Source: a bacterium (GTDB lineage: Bacteria > JADJOY01). Taken from it: a stretch of DNA of 59,392 nucleotides. Under the pieces are notes generated by a model. That model was given only the letters and a program-made list of their open reading frames with translations, did not search any database and was not told where the DNA came from. The stretch is from the NCBI GenBank assembly GCA_046331705.1, contig JAXLQJ010000006.1:186001-245392 (forward strand). Reading direction: 5' to 3'. A program made the translations under genes and the position numbers. This document shows, one piece after another, positions 9,812 to 20,465 of this stretch; position 1 is the first letter of the stretch, and each line of letters opens with the position of its first letter.

Positions 9812-12171
9812 CGCGATCGCCGGGCGATCGGTGGCGCCGATTCGCGGGCGCGGACGGACCCGTCGGCGCGGCGATCGTGGTCGCGACGCTCGCGCTTCAC
9901 CCCCAGCTCGTCCGCGGGACGCCGTGGACGTTCGGGCACGACTGCCTGGAGTACGCGGTGCCGCACGCGCTTCACTTCTTCCGGGAGCTCGCGGCTGGAC
10001 GGCTGGCGCTCTGGAACCCGTTCCACGACGGCGGCGCGCCGTTCCTCGCCCAGCCGCCGTGGATGGGGCCGTTCTATCCGGCGGTGGCGCTCTTCGCGCT
10101 GCCGATGGGACGTGCGCTCGACGTCGGTTTCCTGCTGCACCTCGCGTCGTTCGCGCTCGGTGCGTTCGTGCTGGGGCGCACGCGTGGCCTCGGTCGCGTG
10201 CCCGCGACGTTCGCCGCGATCGCGCTCGGGGCGGGCACACCGCTCTCCGATCTGGCGCGCCTCGGCTACCTGCCCGAGGCGGTCGCGCTCTCGTATCTCC
10301 CCTGGATCCTCGCGTGTCTCGACCGCGGCACGCGTGAGGTCTCGTCTCGGCGCGAGGCGATCCTCGGCGCTGGGCTCTGCCTGGGGCTGATGCATCTCGG
10401 CGGTCATCTGGTGGCGTCCGGAGTGGTGCTCTTCGGTGCCACGTTCTACGCGCTGGCGCTGGGGTATTCGCTCGGCGCGCGTCGCGGTCTGGCGCGAGCG
10501 CTCGGGCTCTTGGCCGCCAGCGAGGCGCTGGGTTTCGCGATCGCCGCCATCACGCTCGTCCCGCTGCTCGCGAGCGGTCTCGAGAGCAGCCTGAGCGAGG
10601 GCCGCGACATCAGCGGCGAGTACGTTTACCTGCAGACGATCTGGCGACTGGGCAGCGTGCTCTTCGCCGACTTCGATCCGAGCGGCAAGGGTCACGTCTT
10701 CATCGGAGTGGTGTTGCTGCCGTTCGTGGCGCTCGCGGGCTGGCGCAGCGCGCACACGGGTCGCGGCAACGCGGAGCTCTGGACCTTGCTCATCGGCGCG
10801 GTCGTGCTGTCGCTCGGCGACGCGACGCCGGTCTGGCGCGGGCTGCGCGCCCTCGCCGCTCCGTTCCGGATCTTCTCGTACTTCTACTTCTTCTGCGTGC
10901 CGGCCACGCTCGCGCTCGCGTTGCTCGCCGCCCATGGCCTGGACGCGGCGCTGCGGGCGCGAACGCGGCAGCGCGGCGACCGCTTGCCGATCGGCGCCGT
11001 CGTGGTGCTGGCCTTCACCGGCTGCCTGGTGCTCGCGGCCGCCGCTCACGGGGAGGCCCGTGAGCTGGTGCGCCCGCGGGTGCTGGCGAGCTTGCCGTGG
11101 ACGATCGTGGGGCTCGCGGGTGCGGCCGTGGCCGTGCGCTGGCCGGTCGTGCGTCCGGCCACCGTGGGGATCGTGCTGGCGATCGAGCTGGTGCATTTCT
11201 CGTGGCTGCAGCGGTTGCCGGACGAGCCCGCGTTTTCCGTCGCGCGCTACTTCGACCGCGCCGAGCTCGCGGAGAACCTGCCGCCGCAGGGCGCGGGGCG
11301 CGTGGTGGTGGTCGAGCGCACGCGCCCCGCCCGCGACTGGTCGTTGCGCCGCAACGGCGGCATGGTCCTCGGCTACGAGGACGTGGCGCGCGATTCCAAG
11401 CTGCCGCTCGCACGCGTCGCACGACTCACCGACCGCCTTGGGAGCCTCGACGTCGACTGGGTGCGGCGGCTCGCCGCGAGCAAGCACGCGGCGACGGGCG
11501 AGCGTGCCCGATTGGTGCTTCGCCCGGACGACGTGGACGTGCGCATCCTGGACGTGCTGGGAGTCACGGCGCTCGTCACGGACCTGCCCGTGGAAGGGGA
11601 CGCGTTCCGCATCCCGTTTCGCGCGCTCGCCGCGCGCCGCAGCGGCGACGCGGTGTCACGGATCTGGGAACGTGCGGAGCGTGTCCCGCGCCATTTCCTC
11701 GCGACGCGGTGGCGGACCGCCGAGTCCGAGGTCGAATCGATCACCGCGACGCTCGACCCATCCGCCGACCCGTTCGCGCTGCCGATCGTGGAAGGAGCCG
11801 CTCCGCGCGAGCCCGGGCCGGGTTCGGACGCGGCGCCGAGCGCGGTGCGCGAAGCCGCGACGCACGTCACACGAGCCTGGGCGCCCGGGCGCGTCGTGTT
11901 CGACACCGCCAGTGCCTCGCCCGCGGTCCTCGTGACGGGTGAGATCGCCGCCCGCGGCTGGCGTGCTTCGGTCGACGGCGCCGTCGTTCGACCGGCGATC
12001 GCCAACGGGGTGCTGCTCGCCGTGCCCCTGTCCGCGGGGCTGCATCACGTCGAGGTTCGTTATCTTCCCGGTGCGTTCGCGGCCGGGGCCACGATCAGCT
12101 TGCTCGCGCTCGTCGCGCTCAGCGGGCTGACGCGCGCGGTGCGCCGCGCCGAGGAGCATCGTGAGCGCTGA
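9808..12171 (+). CDS. YfhO-like polytopic membrane protein (putative GT-C glycosyltransferase), paralog of upstream gene
   Basis: HDCLEYAVP...GRLALWNPFHDGGAPFLA...FYP; C-terminal GWRASVDG...ANGVLLAVPLSAGLHHVEVRY. ATGA overlap with the upstream gene. Confidence 0.8.
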   Translation: MTRSPGDRWRRFAGADGPVGAAIVVATLALHPQLVRGTPWTFGHDCLEYAVPHALHFFRELAAGRLALWNPFHDGGAPFLAQPPWMGPFYPAVALFALPMGRALDVGFLLHLASFALGAFVLGRTRGLGRVPATFAAIALGAGTPLSDLARLGYLPEAVALSYLPWILACLDRGTREVSSRREAILGAGLCLGLMHLGGHLVASGVVLFGATFYALALGYSLGARRGLARALGLLAASEALGFAIAAITLVPLLASGLESSLSEGRDISGEYVYLQTIWRLGSVLFADFDPSGKGHVFIGVVLLPFVALAGWRSAHTGRGNAELWTLLIGAVVLSLGDATPVWRGLRALAAPFRIFSYFYFFCVPATLALALLAAHGLDAALRARTRQRGDRLPIGAVVVLAFTGCLVLAAAAHGEARELVRPRVLASLPWTIVGLAGAAVAVRWPVVRPATVGIVLAIELVHFSWLQRLPDEPAFSVARYFDRAELAENLPPQGAGRVVVVERTRPARDWSLRRNGGMVLGYEDVARDSKLPLARVARLTDRLGSLDVDWVRRLAASKHAATGERARLVLRPDDVDVRILDVLGVTALVTDLPVEGDAFRIPFRALAARRSGDAVSRIWERAERVPRHFLATRWRTAESEVESITATLDPSADPFALPIVEGAAPREPGPGSDAAPSAVREAATHVTRAWAPGRVVFDTASASPAVLVTGEIAARGWRASVDGAVVRPAIANGVLLAVPLSAGLHHVEVRYLPGAFAAGATISLLALVALSGLTRAVRRAEEHRER

Positions 12172-12358
12172 CGAAGAGGCGAAGAGCCCGCAGCCGCTGC
12201 CGCACCCCCAGAGCCTGTGTCATCGCTGCGCGGCGCCGCCGCGCTACGTCGAGACCAAGACCTCGGTGTTCATCCAATGCCCGATCGCGCCGATGAAGTA
12301 TCCGCCCCAGCCCGTGGGGCGCTGTGATCTTTTTCGCCCCCGCGACGGCAGCGGGTAG
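12161..12358 (+). CDS. Small Cys-rich hypothetical protein (possible metal-binding)
   Basis: 65 aa with SLCHRC...SVFIQC...KYPPQPVGRC. GAGGAG precedes the GTG, which overlaps the upstream gene end. Confidence 0.65.
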   Translation: MSADEEAKSPQPLPHPQSLCHRCAAPPRYVETKTSVFIQCPIAPMKYPPQPVGRCDLFRPRDGSG

Positions 12359-12428
12359 CTCTTCCGGTGATTCCTTGCCAGAATCCGCGTCGGTCGAGCG
12401 CTGCGCCGACCTGTCGAGGGGGATCGAC

Positions 12429-13124
12429 GTGAGCCAGGATCGCAGTCGTCGGGCACGCTGCTGGTCGATTTGCACGCTGGTGGCGGCGCTGATGGCGCCT
12501 TCCGCGTGCTCCTACCAGAACCCGCTCTCGGAGTCCGGCAAGGCGTTCCGCAGCGGCGCGGCGAGCTGGGGAACCTACTCGCTGGCGCAGACCTACGCGG
12601 CGACGCTGCGCGAGTCGCGGCAGGACTGTTTCATGAGCCTCTTCGACGTGGACGTGATCGCGGGCAAGGCCTACGACGTCGTCGATCCCACCACGCGCAA
12701 CGAGACGCTCAAGCTCATCGAGTCCGTGTACCAGGATCAGCGACGTCAGCTCGCCAGCACGTATCCGGGCGCGGTGGTCTTTCAGAGCGATTCGGGTGAG
12801 GAGCAGGTGGTCTTGCCGCCGGTGCACCGCGCGTTCCGTTCGCCGCTCGAGGAATGCCCCAATCGGCCGGCGCAAGTGGGGCGCACGATTCTCGAGGGCG
12901 ACGTCGAGGGAACGCTGCGCATCGAGTTTCCGTATCGCGGCAAGGCGCTCGAGATGCGCGCACGCCTGACCGAGCGAGGTGGCCGGATCATCTCGATTCC
13001 GGTGCTGCGCGACGTCCAGGGCACGGTCTTCGAGGTGCCGGCGCCGCCGCCGGAGGTTCCGCCGCCGCCCGTCACCGCGCCGGTCGCGCCGCCCTCGTCC
13101 GTCGAGGGCCAGCCACTCAAGTAG
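12429..13124 (+). CDS. Hypothetical lipoprotein
   Basis: Signal-like N-terminus ending APSAC, globular middle, Pro-rich tail. Purine-rich RBS before GTG 12429. Confidence 0.6.
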   Translation: MSQDRSRRARCWSICTLVAALMAPSACSYQNPLSESGKAFRSGAASWGTYSLAQTYAATLRESRQDCFMSLFDVDVIAGKAYDVVDPTTRNETLKLIESVYQDQRRQLASTYPGAVVFQSDSGEEQVVLPPVHRAFRSPLEECPNRPAQVGRTILEGDVEGTLRIEFPYRGKALEMRARLTERGGRIISIPVLRDVQGTVFEVPAPPPEVPPPPVTAPVAPPSSVEGQPLK

Positions 13125-13160
13125 CGCGCACGATTCCGCCGCTTCCGCGCGCCGGACGGT

Positions 13161-15446
13161 TCACCGCGTCGGCGCCCCGTCGCCGTGCCGGGCGCCCGCG
13201 CCGCTCGAATCGCGGCCGCGAGCGGCCAGCACTTCGCGCGCCGTTCGTGCGTCGTCGTCGTCCCCCGAGCCCATGCGCTCGAGGGCGCGAACGACCGGCT
13301 CCGTGAACACGCCGATCTCGCCGAGCGCGTCGGCGGCTCCCTCGCGTACCTCGCGCGCCGGATCGTCGAGCAACGCGATCAGCCGCGGCACCGTCCACGC
13401 CGCGCCTGCTCCGAGCGCGCCGGCCGCTGCCGCCGCCGCTTGCCGCACCTTCCATTCCGGATCGGCGAGCGCGCGCTCGAGCGTGCCGGCGACGGTGGCG
13501 GGATCGGGCCGCAGCAATGCCACCCACCACATCGCGACCTGGCGCGGCCGCGGATCGGGTGCCAGCGCCGCGGCGGCGAGGCCAGCGACGAGCGCGTCGC
13601 GCTCGGCCGTGAGCTGCACGCGGAGATCCTCGCCACGGCCGCTCTCGCGCACCGATTCCTCGATGCTCTCGAGGACCCGCGCCGCTTCGCCACGCAGCGC
13701 CGCGTCGGACCCGCCGAGCGCCGTCACGAGGCGCAGGACCTCGGCGGTGTCGATCGGTCGCGCGTCGGTTGGCGAGCGCGCGGCGCGCGGGTGGATCCGC
13801 CACAGCAGGTACGTCGTGCCGGCGACGTCCTGGCGCGTCACGAGGCGCATGCGCAGCTCGGGGTCCGGAAGCGACGCGTACATGCCGGGGACGTCGCTCA
13901 CGTACTCGATGCGATTGGCGTCGAGATAGCCGAGCCAGCCCAGGCGCTCGAGCTCGTCCGCGAACGAAGGCGCGTTCACGAGCCCGTCGAGGTTGATGAC
14001 CGTGAGGTTCGAGAAGTAGGCGAGCGCGCCCGCGTTGAAAGCGCCGACGCGCGTCCCCGGCGGCAATCGTCCGGCGACGACCGAAGCGGCTCCGGCGTAG
14101 ATCCGATCGGGTGAGTCTCCGCTTGCCGCGCGTTCGGACGCCGGGATCAGCGCGTCGTTCGTGAACGCTGCCGTCATCGCGGCCACGCCGACGAGCGCCG
14201 CGACGCGGGCGATCCGCCGCGTGAGCGTCGCGTCCCGCACGAGGCGGGCGAGGACGGCCAGCAGCGCGCCAGGAACGAGCACGCCGAGCAGCAGTTGCGA
14301 GGCCGTCCACTGCCACGGCCGTGCGTCGACGCCCACCAGATAGATCATGCACGCGAAGTGGATGGCCACGGCGACCGTCGTCGACGCCAAGACGGAGCGG
14401 GCTGCATCGTCGCGCAGCACGGACGAACGGACGACGACCACACACGCCGCCGCCGCAGCGCCGACGAAGATCCAGGGCACGAGGTGATTCCATCGATCGG
14501 CGCTGGGCCCGAGAATGGGCAGCCAGCCCGTCAGGAATGCTGCCGGACCCACCCGCACGCAATCCGCGACCCGATCGCCCGCGAGCTTCAGGCACCCCAG
14601 CCAGCCGTGATCTCGCCACGTCTCCGCCACCAGTGCGCGCAGGGCGCGCTGCTTGACGAGACCGCTGATCGGCCAGGCCGATCCGATCGAGAGCCGATTC
14701 GCGAGTGCGTAGATCCCCACCGCGACGGCGCTCGGGCCCAGCAGCCGAGCCCACGGCGCCGTCGGCCGCGAGACGTCACCGCGCCTTCGCCGCCACGCGA
14801 CGGTCGCCAGGGTCCACGCCGTTCCCAGGACGAGGGCGTCGAGACGGGCCAGCGCCAGCACCGCGAGCGCCACGCCCGCCAGCGTGGCGCGGCGTCGCGC
14901 CTCCGCCGCGTTCGGCGCCGCCGCGAGCGCCAGCATCCGGTTCAGCGCGAGCGCAAAGCACACGGCATGGATCGGCGCCTCCAGCATCGCGATGCGGTCG
15001 ACCGCCGGAAACAACGTCCACGCTGCGAGCGTGACCAGCGCCAGCGTGGGGTCGAACAGCCGCGCGGCGGCGCGCGCCAGCAACACGCCGGCCAGCAGAT
15101 GGAACGTCGCCGCGAGCGCCGCGGCCACGCGCAGCAGCTCGGTCCGGTCCGAGCACCACTTCGCAGCGCCGGCCAGCAGCCAGCACCACAAGGGTTGGTA
15201 GCCGTTGGTGGGATGAATGCCGTCGAAAGTGCTGCCGGCTCCGTGTGCGAGGTTCCAGGCGATCTGGAAGTAGTAGAAGGCGTCGTCGTGGGAGGCGAAG
15301 ACGCGCACGAGCTCGGCGATGGGCCCGGTCACGACCAGGGCGAAACGCCAGGCCGCGAGACCGACGATCGAGGTGCCGACGGCGAGACGCCAGCGGCGCT
15401 CGGTGGGATCCGAGCGCGCGGCGGCGGGTGGGCGCATCGCTCTCAC
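13161..15446 (-). CDS. GT-C-like polytopic membrane protein with C-terminal HEAT repeats
   Basis: HDDAFYYFQIAWNLAHGAGSTFDGIHPTNGYQPLW and AGALAYFS...INLDGLVN. The C-terminus has HEAT-like units (LADPEWKVRQAAAAAAG, LDDPAREVREGAADALGEIG). Alternative ATG at 15437. Confidence 0.75.
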   Translation of the reverse strand: MRAMRPPAAARSDPTERRWRLAVGTSIVGLAAWRFALVVTGPIAELVRVFASHDDAFYYFQIAWNLAHGAGSTFDGIHPTNGYQPLWCWLLAGAAKWCSDRTELLRVAAALAATFHLLAGVLLARAAARLFDPTLALVTLAAWTLFPAVDRIAMLEAPIHAVCFALALNRMLALAAAPNAAEARRRATLAGVALAVLALARLDALVLGTAWTLATVAWRRRRGDVSRPTAPWARLLGPSAVAVGIYALANRLSIGSAWPISGLVKQRALRALVAETWRDHGWLGCLKLAGDRVADCVRVGPAAFLTGWLPILGPSADRWNHLVPWIFVGAAAAACVVVVRSSVLRDDAARSVLASTTVAVAIHFACMIYLVGVDARPWQWTASQLLLGVLVPGALLAVLARLVRDATLTRRIARVAALVGVAAMTAAFTNDALIPASERAASGDSPDRIYAGAASVVAGRLPPGTRVGAFNAGALAYFSNLTVINLDGLVNAPSFADELERLGWLGYLDANRIEYVSDVPGMYASLPDPELRMRLVTRQDVAGTTYLLWRIHPRAARSPTDARPIDTAEVLRLVTALGGSDAALRGEAARVLESIEESVRESGRGEDLRVQLTAERDALVAGLAAAALAPDPRPRQVAMWWVALLRPDPATVAGTLERALADPEWKVRQAAAAAAGALGAGAAWTVPRLIALLDDPAREVREGAADALGEIGVFTEPVVRALERMGSGDDDDARTAREVLAARGRDSSGAGARHGDGAPTR

Positions 15447-15476
15447 CGCGCTCGCGCCGGCGCGGGTCGCCGGCCG

Positions 15477-16481
15477 TCAGGGCAGCTGCGGCAGCGGCGG
15501 GATCGGTACGCGCGGACGGGTCAAGATCTGCGCCACCGAGATCTTCACGACGTCGATCGGGACGGCGTAGCCGGCGTCGGTCGCGGCCGTCTCGCTCGGT
15601 GTCCCTTCGGTCTGCGGGACGACGTTCATGCCGATCACGGCCCCCGTGAGGTCGACCAGCGGGCCGCCGGCGTCGCCCGATTGGCAGCGCGCGGTGGTTT
15701 GCAGGAACTCGACGCCGTCGGGGTTCACGTCGCCGCCGCTCAGCGGCAGACGCTTGGCTCGGAACGACACGATCCCTTCGCGGGCGGTCGGGCCGGTGCC
15801 GAATGGGTTGCCCACGGCCAGCACCGGCTCGCCGATCGGCACGGACGAGGCGCTCCCCAGTGGCAGGCTCGCGGCCATGGTGGAGCCGAGGTCGATCTTG
15901 AGGAGCGCCACCTCGCTCGACGGCACGGCGCCGAGAACCTGCGCGGGAAAGCCGTGTGGGATGCCTGGAACCTGCACCTCGACGGCCTGCGCCGCGGCGA
16001 CGACGCGACGGCTGGTGATGACGTGACCGTCGCCGATCAGGAAGCCGCTGCCGAGGTTGCTGCCGCGGTGTGGGATCGGGATGCCGACCTTGAACGGGAA
16101 GACCCCCAGGGGATCCGAGTACAGGCTGCCGATCACGGTGGTCTGGGTGAAGATGTTGACCACCGCCGGGCTCACCTGCTCGGTGATGTCGCGGTACGTC
16201 CGGCTCGTGAGCGGGATCGCGGCGGCGCGCTCGGCGGGCGCGCTGCGCCACACGCCGCGGGCCTCGAGCTTGGCCAGCTCGGCCTCGATCTCGCGAGGAG
16301 TGGCTTCGACCAGATCGATGCTCTGTGGCATCGGTGCGCCGGGCGACAGCCAGGAACAGCCGGCGAGCCACAGGCTCGCGGCGGCTGCGGCGCACGCGCT
16401 GCGTGGGCGACGGTGCACCGCGTGGCTCGCGGGCCGCGCGCGGGGTTCGCCGTGGGCGCGAGTGCGGGGCAGGGGGCTCAC
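15477..16481 (-). CDS. HtrA/S1C trypsin-like protease homologue lipoprotein, catalytic triad substituted, no PDZ domain
   Basis: SPAVVNI, GSGFLI, GEPVLAVGNPFG, GIVS, GGPLVDLTGAVIGMN; lipobox LAGC. The true start may be GTG 16418. Confidence 0.8.
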   Translation of the reverse strand: MSPLPRTRAHGEPRARPASHAVHRRPRSACAAAAASLWLAGCSWLSPGAPMPQSIDLVEATPREIEAELAKLEARGVWRSAPAERAAAIPLTSRTYRDITEQVSPAVVNIFTQTTVIGSLYSDPLGVFPFKVGIPIPHRGSNLGSGFLIGDGHVITSRRVVAAAQAVEVQVPGIPHGFPAQVLGAVPSSEVALLKIDLGSTMAASLPLGSASSVPIGEPVLAVGNPFGTGPTAREGIVSFRAKRLPLSGGDVNPDGVEFLQTTARCQSGDAGGPLVDLTGAVIGMNVVPQTEGTPSETAATDAGYAVPIDVVKISVAQILTRPRVPIPPLPQLP

Positions 16482-16517
16482 CGAACGGGTCGCGAAACGA
16501 GGGCGAATGCGGGCGAT

Positions 16518-17873
16518 TCAGCCTTGCGTGAGCGGACGCAAGGTATCTTCGACCACCCCCCGGATCGCGTCAAGGCGCTCTTGGCTCTTGGCCTCGAACC
16601 GCAGCACCAGGACGGGCTGCGTGTTCGAGGCGCGCACCAGGGCCCAGCCGTCCTCGAAGAGCACCCGCGCGCCGTCCACGTCCACCACCGAATGGGTCGC
16701 CTTGAAGTGCTCGACGGCGCGGCGCACCACCTCGAACTTCTTGTCGTCCGGGCAGTCGACGCGGATCTCGGGGGTGGCGACCAGCGGCGGCAAGTCCGAG
16801 AGGAGATCGTCGAGGCTTCGGTCCTCGCGCGCCACGATCTCGAGCACGCGCAAGGTGGCGTAGAGCGCGTCGTCGAAACCGAAGTAGCGATCGGCGAAGA
16901 ACACGTGGCCGCTCATCTCGCCACCCAGCGCCGCGCCCACTTCCTTCATCTTGGCCTTGATCGGCGAGTGCCCGGCCTTCCACATGATGCCGTTCCCGCC
17001 TCGCGCGGCGATGTCGTCGTAGAGGTTCTGCGAGCACTTCACCTCGGCGACGATCGTGGCGCCCGGCCGGGTGCGCAGGATCTCGCGCGAGAAGAGCACC
17101 ATCAGCATGTCGCCCCACAGGATCTTGCCCCGACCGGTGACGACGCCGATGCGGTCACCGTCGCCGTCGTAGCCGATGCCCAGCTCGGCACCGGTCTCCA
17201 GCACCTTGTCGATCAGCGCTTCCAGGTTCTCGGGGATGGTGGGGTCCGGGTGGTGATTGGGGAAGGTGGCGTCGGGCTCGCAGAAGATCGGGATCGCGTC
17301 CTGGCCGAGCGCCTCCAGCAAGCGTGGCGCCACCAGCCCCGCGGTGCCGTTGCCGGCGTCGATCACCACCTTCACGGGGCGCTGGATGCGCACGTTGCCC
17401 TTCACCCAGGCGATGTAGGGATCGATGATCTCGGCTTCGCGCACCGAGCCCTCGCCGCTCGCGAAGTTGCCGGACTGGGCGATCGCCAGAAGCTCCTGGA
17501 TGTCGCCGCCGTGGATGGTGCTCTTGCCCGAGCAGATCTTGAAGCCGTTGAACTCGGGCGGGTTGTGGCTGCCCGTGATCATCACGCCGCCGGAGCGCTC
17601 GTAGTGGAAGAGCGCGAAGTAGAGCAGCGGCGTGGGGCACACCCCGACGTCGATGACCTCGCAGCCGGTGGAGACCAACCCGCGGATCAGCGCGTCGCGA
17701 AAGCGGGTGCTCGAGGCCCGCACGTCGCGGCCGACGGCGAGCTGGGTTCGCTCGCGTTGCACCTGGTACGTGCCGAAGGCCTTGCCGAGCAGCTCGGCGA
17801 ACTCGTCGGTGAGATCTTGGTCGACGATGCCGCGAACGTCGTACTCGCGAAAGATGGCGGGATTCACGTTCAT
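16518..17873 (-). CDS. algC: Phosphomannomutase/phosphoglucomutase (AlgC type)
   Basis: IFREYDVRG, ITGSHNP (phospho-Ser loop), DGDGDR metal loop, GEMSGH, VRASNTQP. Confidence 0.95.
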   Translation of the reverse strand: MNVNPAIFREYDVRGIVDQDLTDEFAELLGKAFGTYQVQRERTQLAVGRDVRASSTRFRDALIRGLVSTGCEVIDVGVCPTPLLYFALFHYERSGGVMITGSHNPPEFNGFKICSGKSTIHGGDIQELLAIAQSGNFASGEGSVREAEIIDPYIAWVKGNVRIQRPVKVVIDAGNGTAGLVAPRLLEALGQDAIPIFCEPDATFPNHHPDPTIPENLEALIDKVLETGAELGIGYDGDGDRIGVVTGRGKILWGDMLMVLFSREILRTRPGATIVAEVKCSQNLYDDIAARGGNGIMWKAGHSPIKAKMKEVGAALGGEMSGHVFFADRYFGFDDALYATLRVLEIVAREDRSLDDLLSDLPPLVATPEIRVDCPDDKKFEVVRRAVEHFKATHSVVDVDGARVLFEDGWALVRASNTQPVLVLRFEAKSQERLDAIRGVVEDTLRPLTQG

Positions 17874-17991
17874 CGATGGCTCCCAGGGGTCGCGACGCGA
17901 CTCGTGCGCCCGTGGCGATCCTTCCGGCCGAACGGCCGGCTCGCGAAACGGCGCGGGGGCAGGGACGGGCGACTGCGGCGGGGACGCGCGG

Positions 17992-19224
<1,233 letters not shown>

Positions 19225-19271
19225 TCACTCGATCGTAGCGATGCGTGGACGTGATCCTTCGGGCAAGCGTG

Positions 19272-20465
19272 ATGCGGGTCGGTGTCGTCGCCGCGTGGCG
19301 GGCTGTGGCTCTCGTCGTCGCGGCGCTTCCGATCGGCTGGGTGACGCTGGCGCGGGCCGGGTCCCCGGACGCTGCCGCGCCCCCGGTGGATGCCGATCCG
19401 TGTGCGGAGGTGCGCTCGCTGGTGGCTCGTTGGCAGCTCGGGCCGTCGTGGGGTGCCGTCCCGAGCCGCGCCGAGATCCTCGCGGCGGCGGCGCGCTGCC
19501 CGAACGACGACCGCGCCCGCATCCTGGCGACGCTCTCGCGAGTCGAGCGGCAGGCTGCGCCGGTGACGCCGGCGCGCGCCGTCCCCGCGCCGGCAGCGGC
19601 GCCGTCCCCGTCCCCGTCTCCGCTCGGTGACGGTACGCCACCGAGCTCGGCGCCGGCGGCGGCCCGTTCGCTTCCCGCGCCGGGCGGCCCGCCCCGCGGT
19701 CCGCAGCCGGAGGTCCCCGAGCCGGGTGACGCCTTCGCGGCCACCCGAACCGAGCATTTCGATTTCCGCTGGGCCGAGAAGACCCGCGAGAACTGGAGCC
19801 TCGGCGACACCCAGCGCGTCATCGGCGAGTACCTGGAGGAGGCCTATCGCGAGGTGGGCGATCTGCTCGACGTCCATCCCACGACACGCATCCCGGTGGT
19901 GTTCTATGCCCCCGAGCCGTCCGAGCAGCGCGACGGCACGAAGCCGCGCGCGTCGGCCTACTGGGACGGCACCGCGCTGCGCGTGACGTCGGCGCTCAAG
20001 AGCGCGCTGCCGATCCGCGACCAGCTCTTCCACGCCTACACGCACGTCGTGGTGAGCCAGCTTCCGGGCGCGAGCCGTCCGCCGGCGTGGCTCGAGGAAG
20101 GGCTCGCCGAGCTGATCGAGCGCCGCACGGAATTCGGTGTGGAGCAGGCGGTGAATCCACCGCAAAGCCTGATCCGGAGCATCGCGGCGCGCACCCGGTC
20201 GGGTGGGCTCGCGCCGTTCTCCGCCCAGTCGCGGAGCTTGGTTCAGAGCGGCATGAGCTGCCGCGAGCGCCGCGGCAGCTACTCGCGCGCGTATCTCGCC
20301 GCGGTCTACCTGCACGAGCAGAAGGGCATGGACGGGATCGTGCGGATCGTCCACGAGCTCGCGCGCGGGCGGCCGTACCCCGAGGCGATGAGCCTGGTGT
20401 ATCCTCGCGGCAGCGCGGGGTTCGAGGCGGACTTCGAACGCTGGCTGCAAGATCAGGCTCATTGA
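19272..20465 (+). CDS. Secreted peptidase MA-like (gluzincin-fold) protein with HAxxH instead of HExxH
   Basis: Signal peptide, Pro/Ala linker, TEHFDF, LFHAYTH...PAWLEEGLAE, YSRAYLAAVYL. Confidence 0.7.
   Translation: MRVGVVAAWRAVALVVAALPIGWVTLARAGSPDAAAPPVDADPCAEVRSLVARWQLGPSWGAVPSRAEILAAAARCPNDDRARILATLSRVERQAAPVTPARAVPAPAAAPSPSPSPLGDGTPPSSAPAAARSLPAPGGPPRGPQPEVPEPGDAFAATRTEHFDFRWAEKTRENWSLGDTQRVIGEYLEEAYREVGDLLDVHPTTRIPVVFYAPEPSEQRDGTKPRASAYWDGTALRVTSALKSALPIRDQLFHAYTHVVVSQLPGASRPPAWLEEGLAELIERRTEFGVEQAVNPPQSLIRSIAARTRSGGLAPFSAQSRSLVQSGMSCRERRGSYSRAYLAAVYLHEQKGMDGIVRIVHELARGRPYPEAMSLVYPRGSAGFEADFERWLQDQAH

Noticed and set aside
214-12171. Very long ORFs (1193, 1057, 1550 aa) and similar Arg/Ala-rich or antisense ORFs across the window
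   Set aside because: These are high-GC shadow frames. Only their 3' parts are real genes, which start at coupled start codons.
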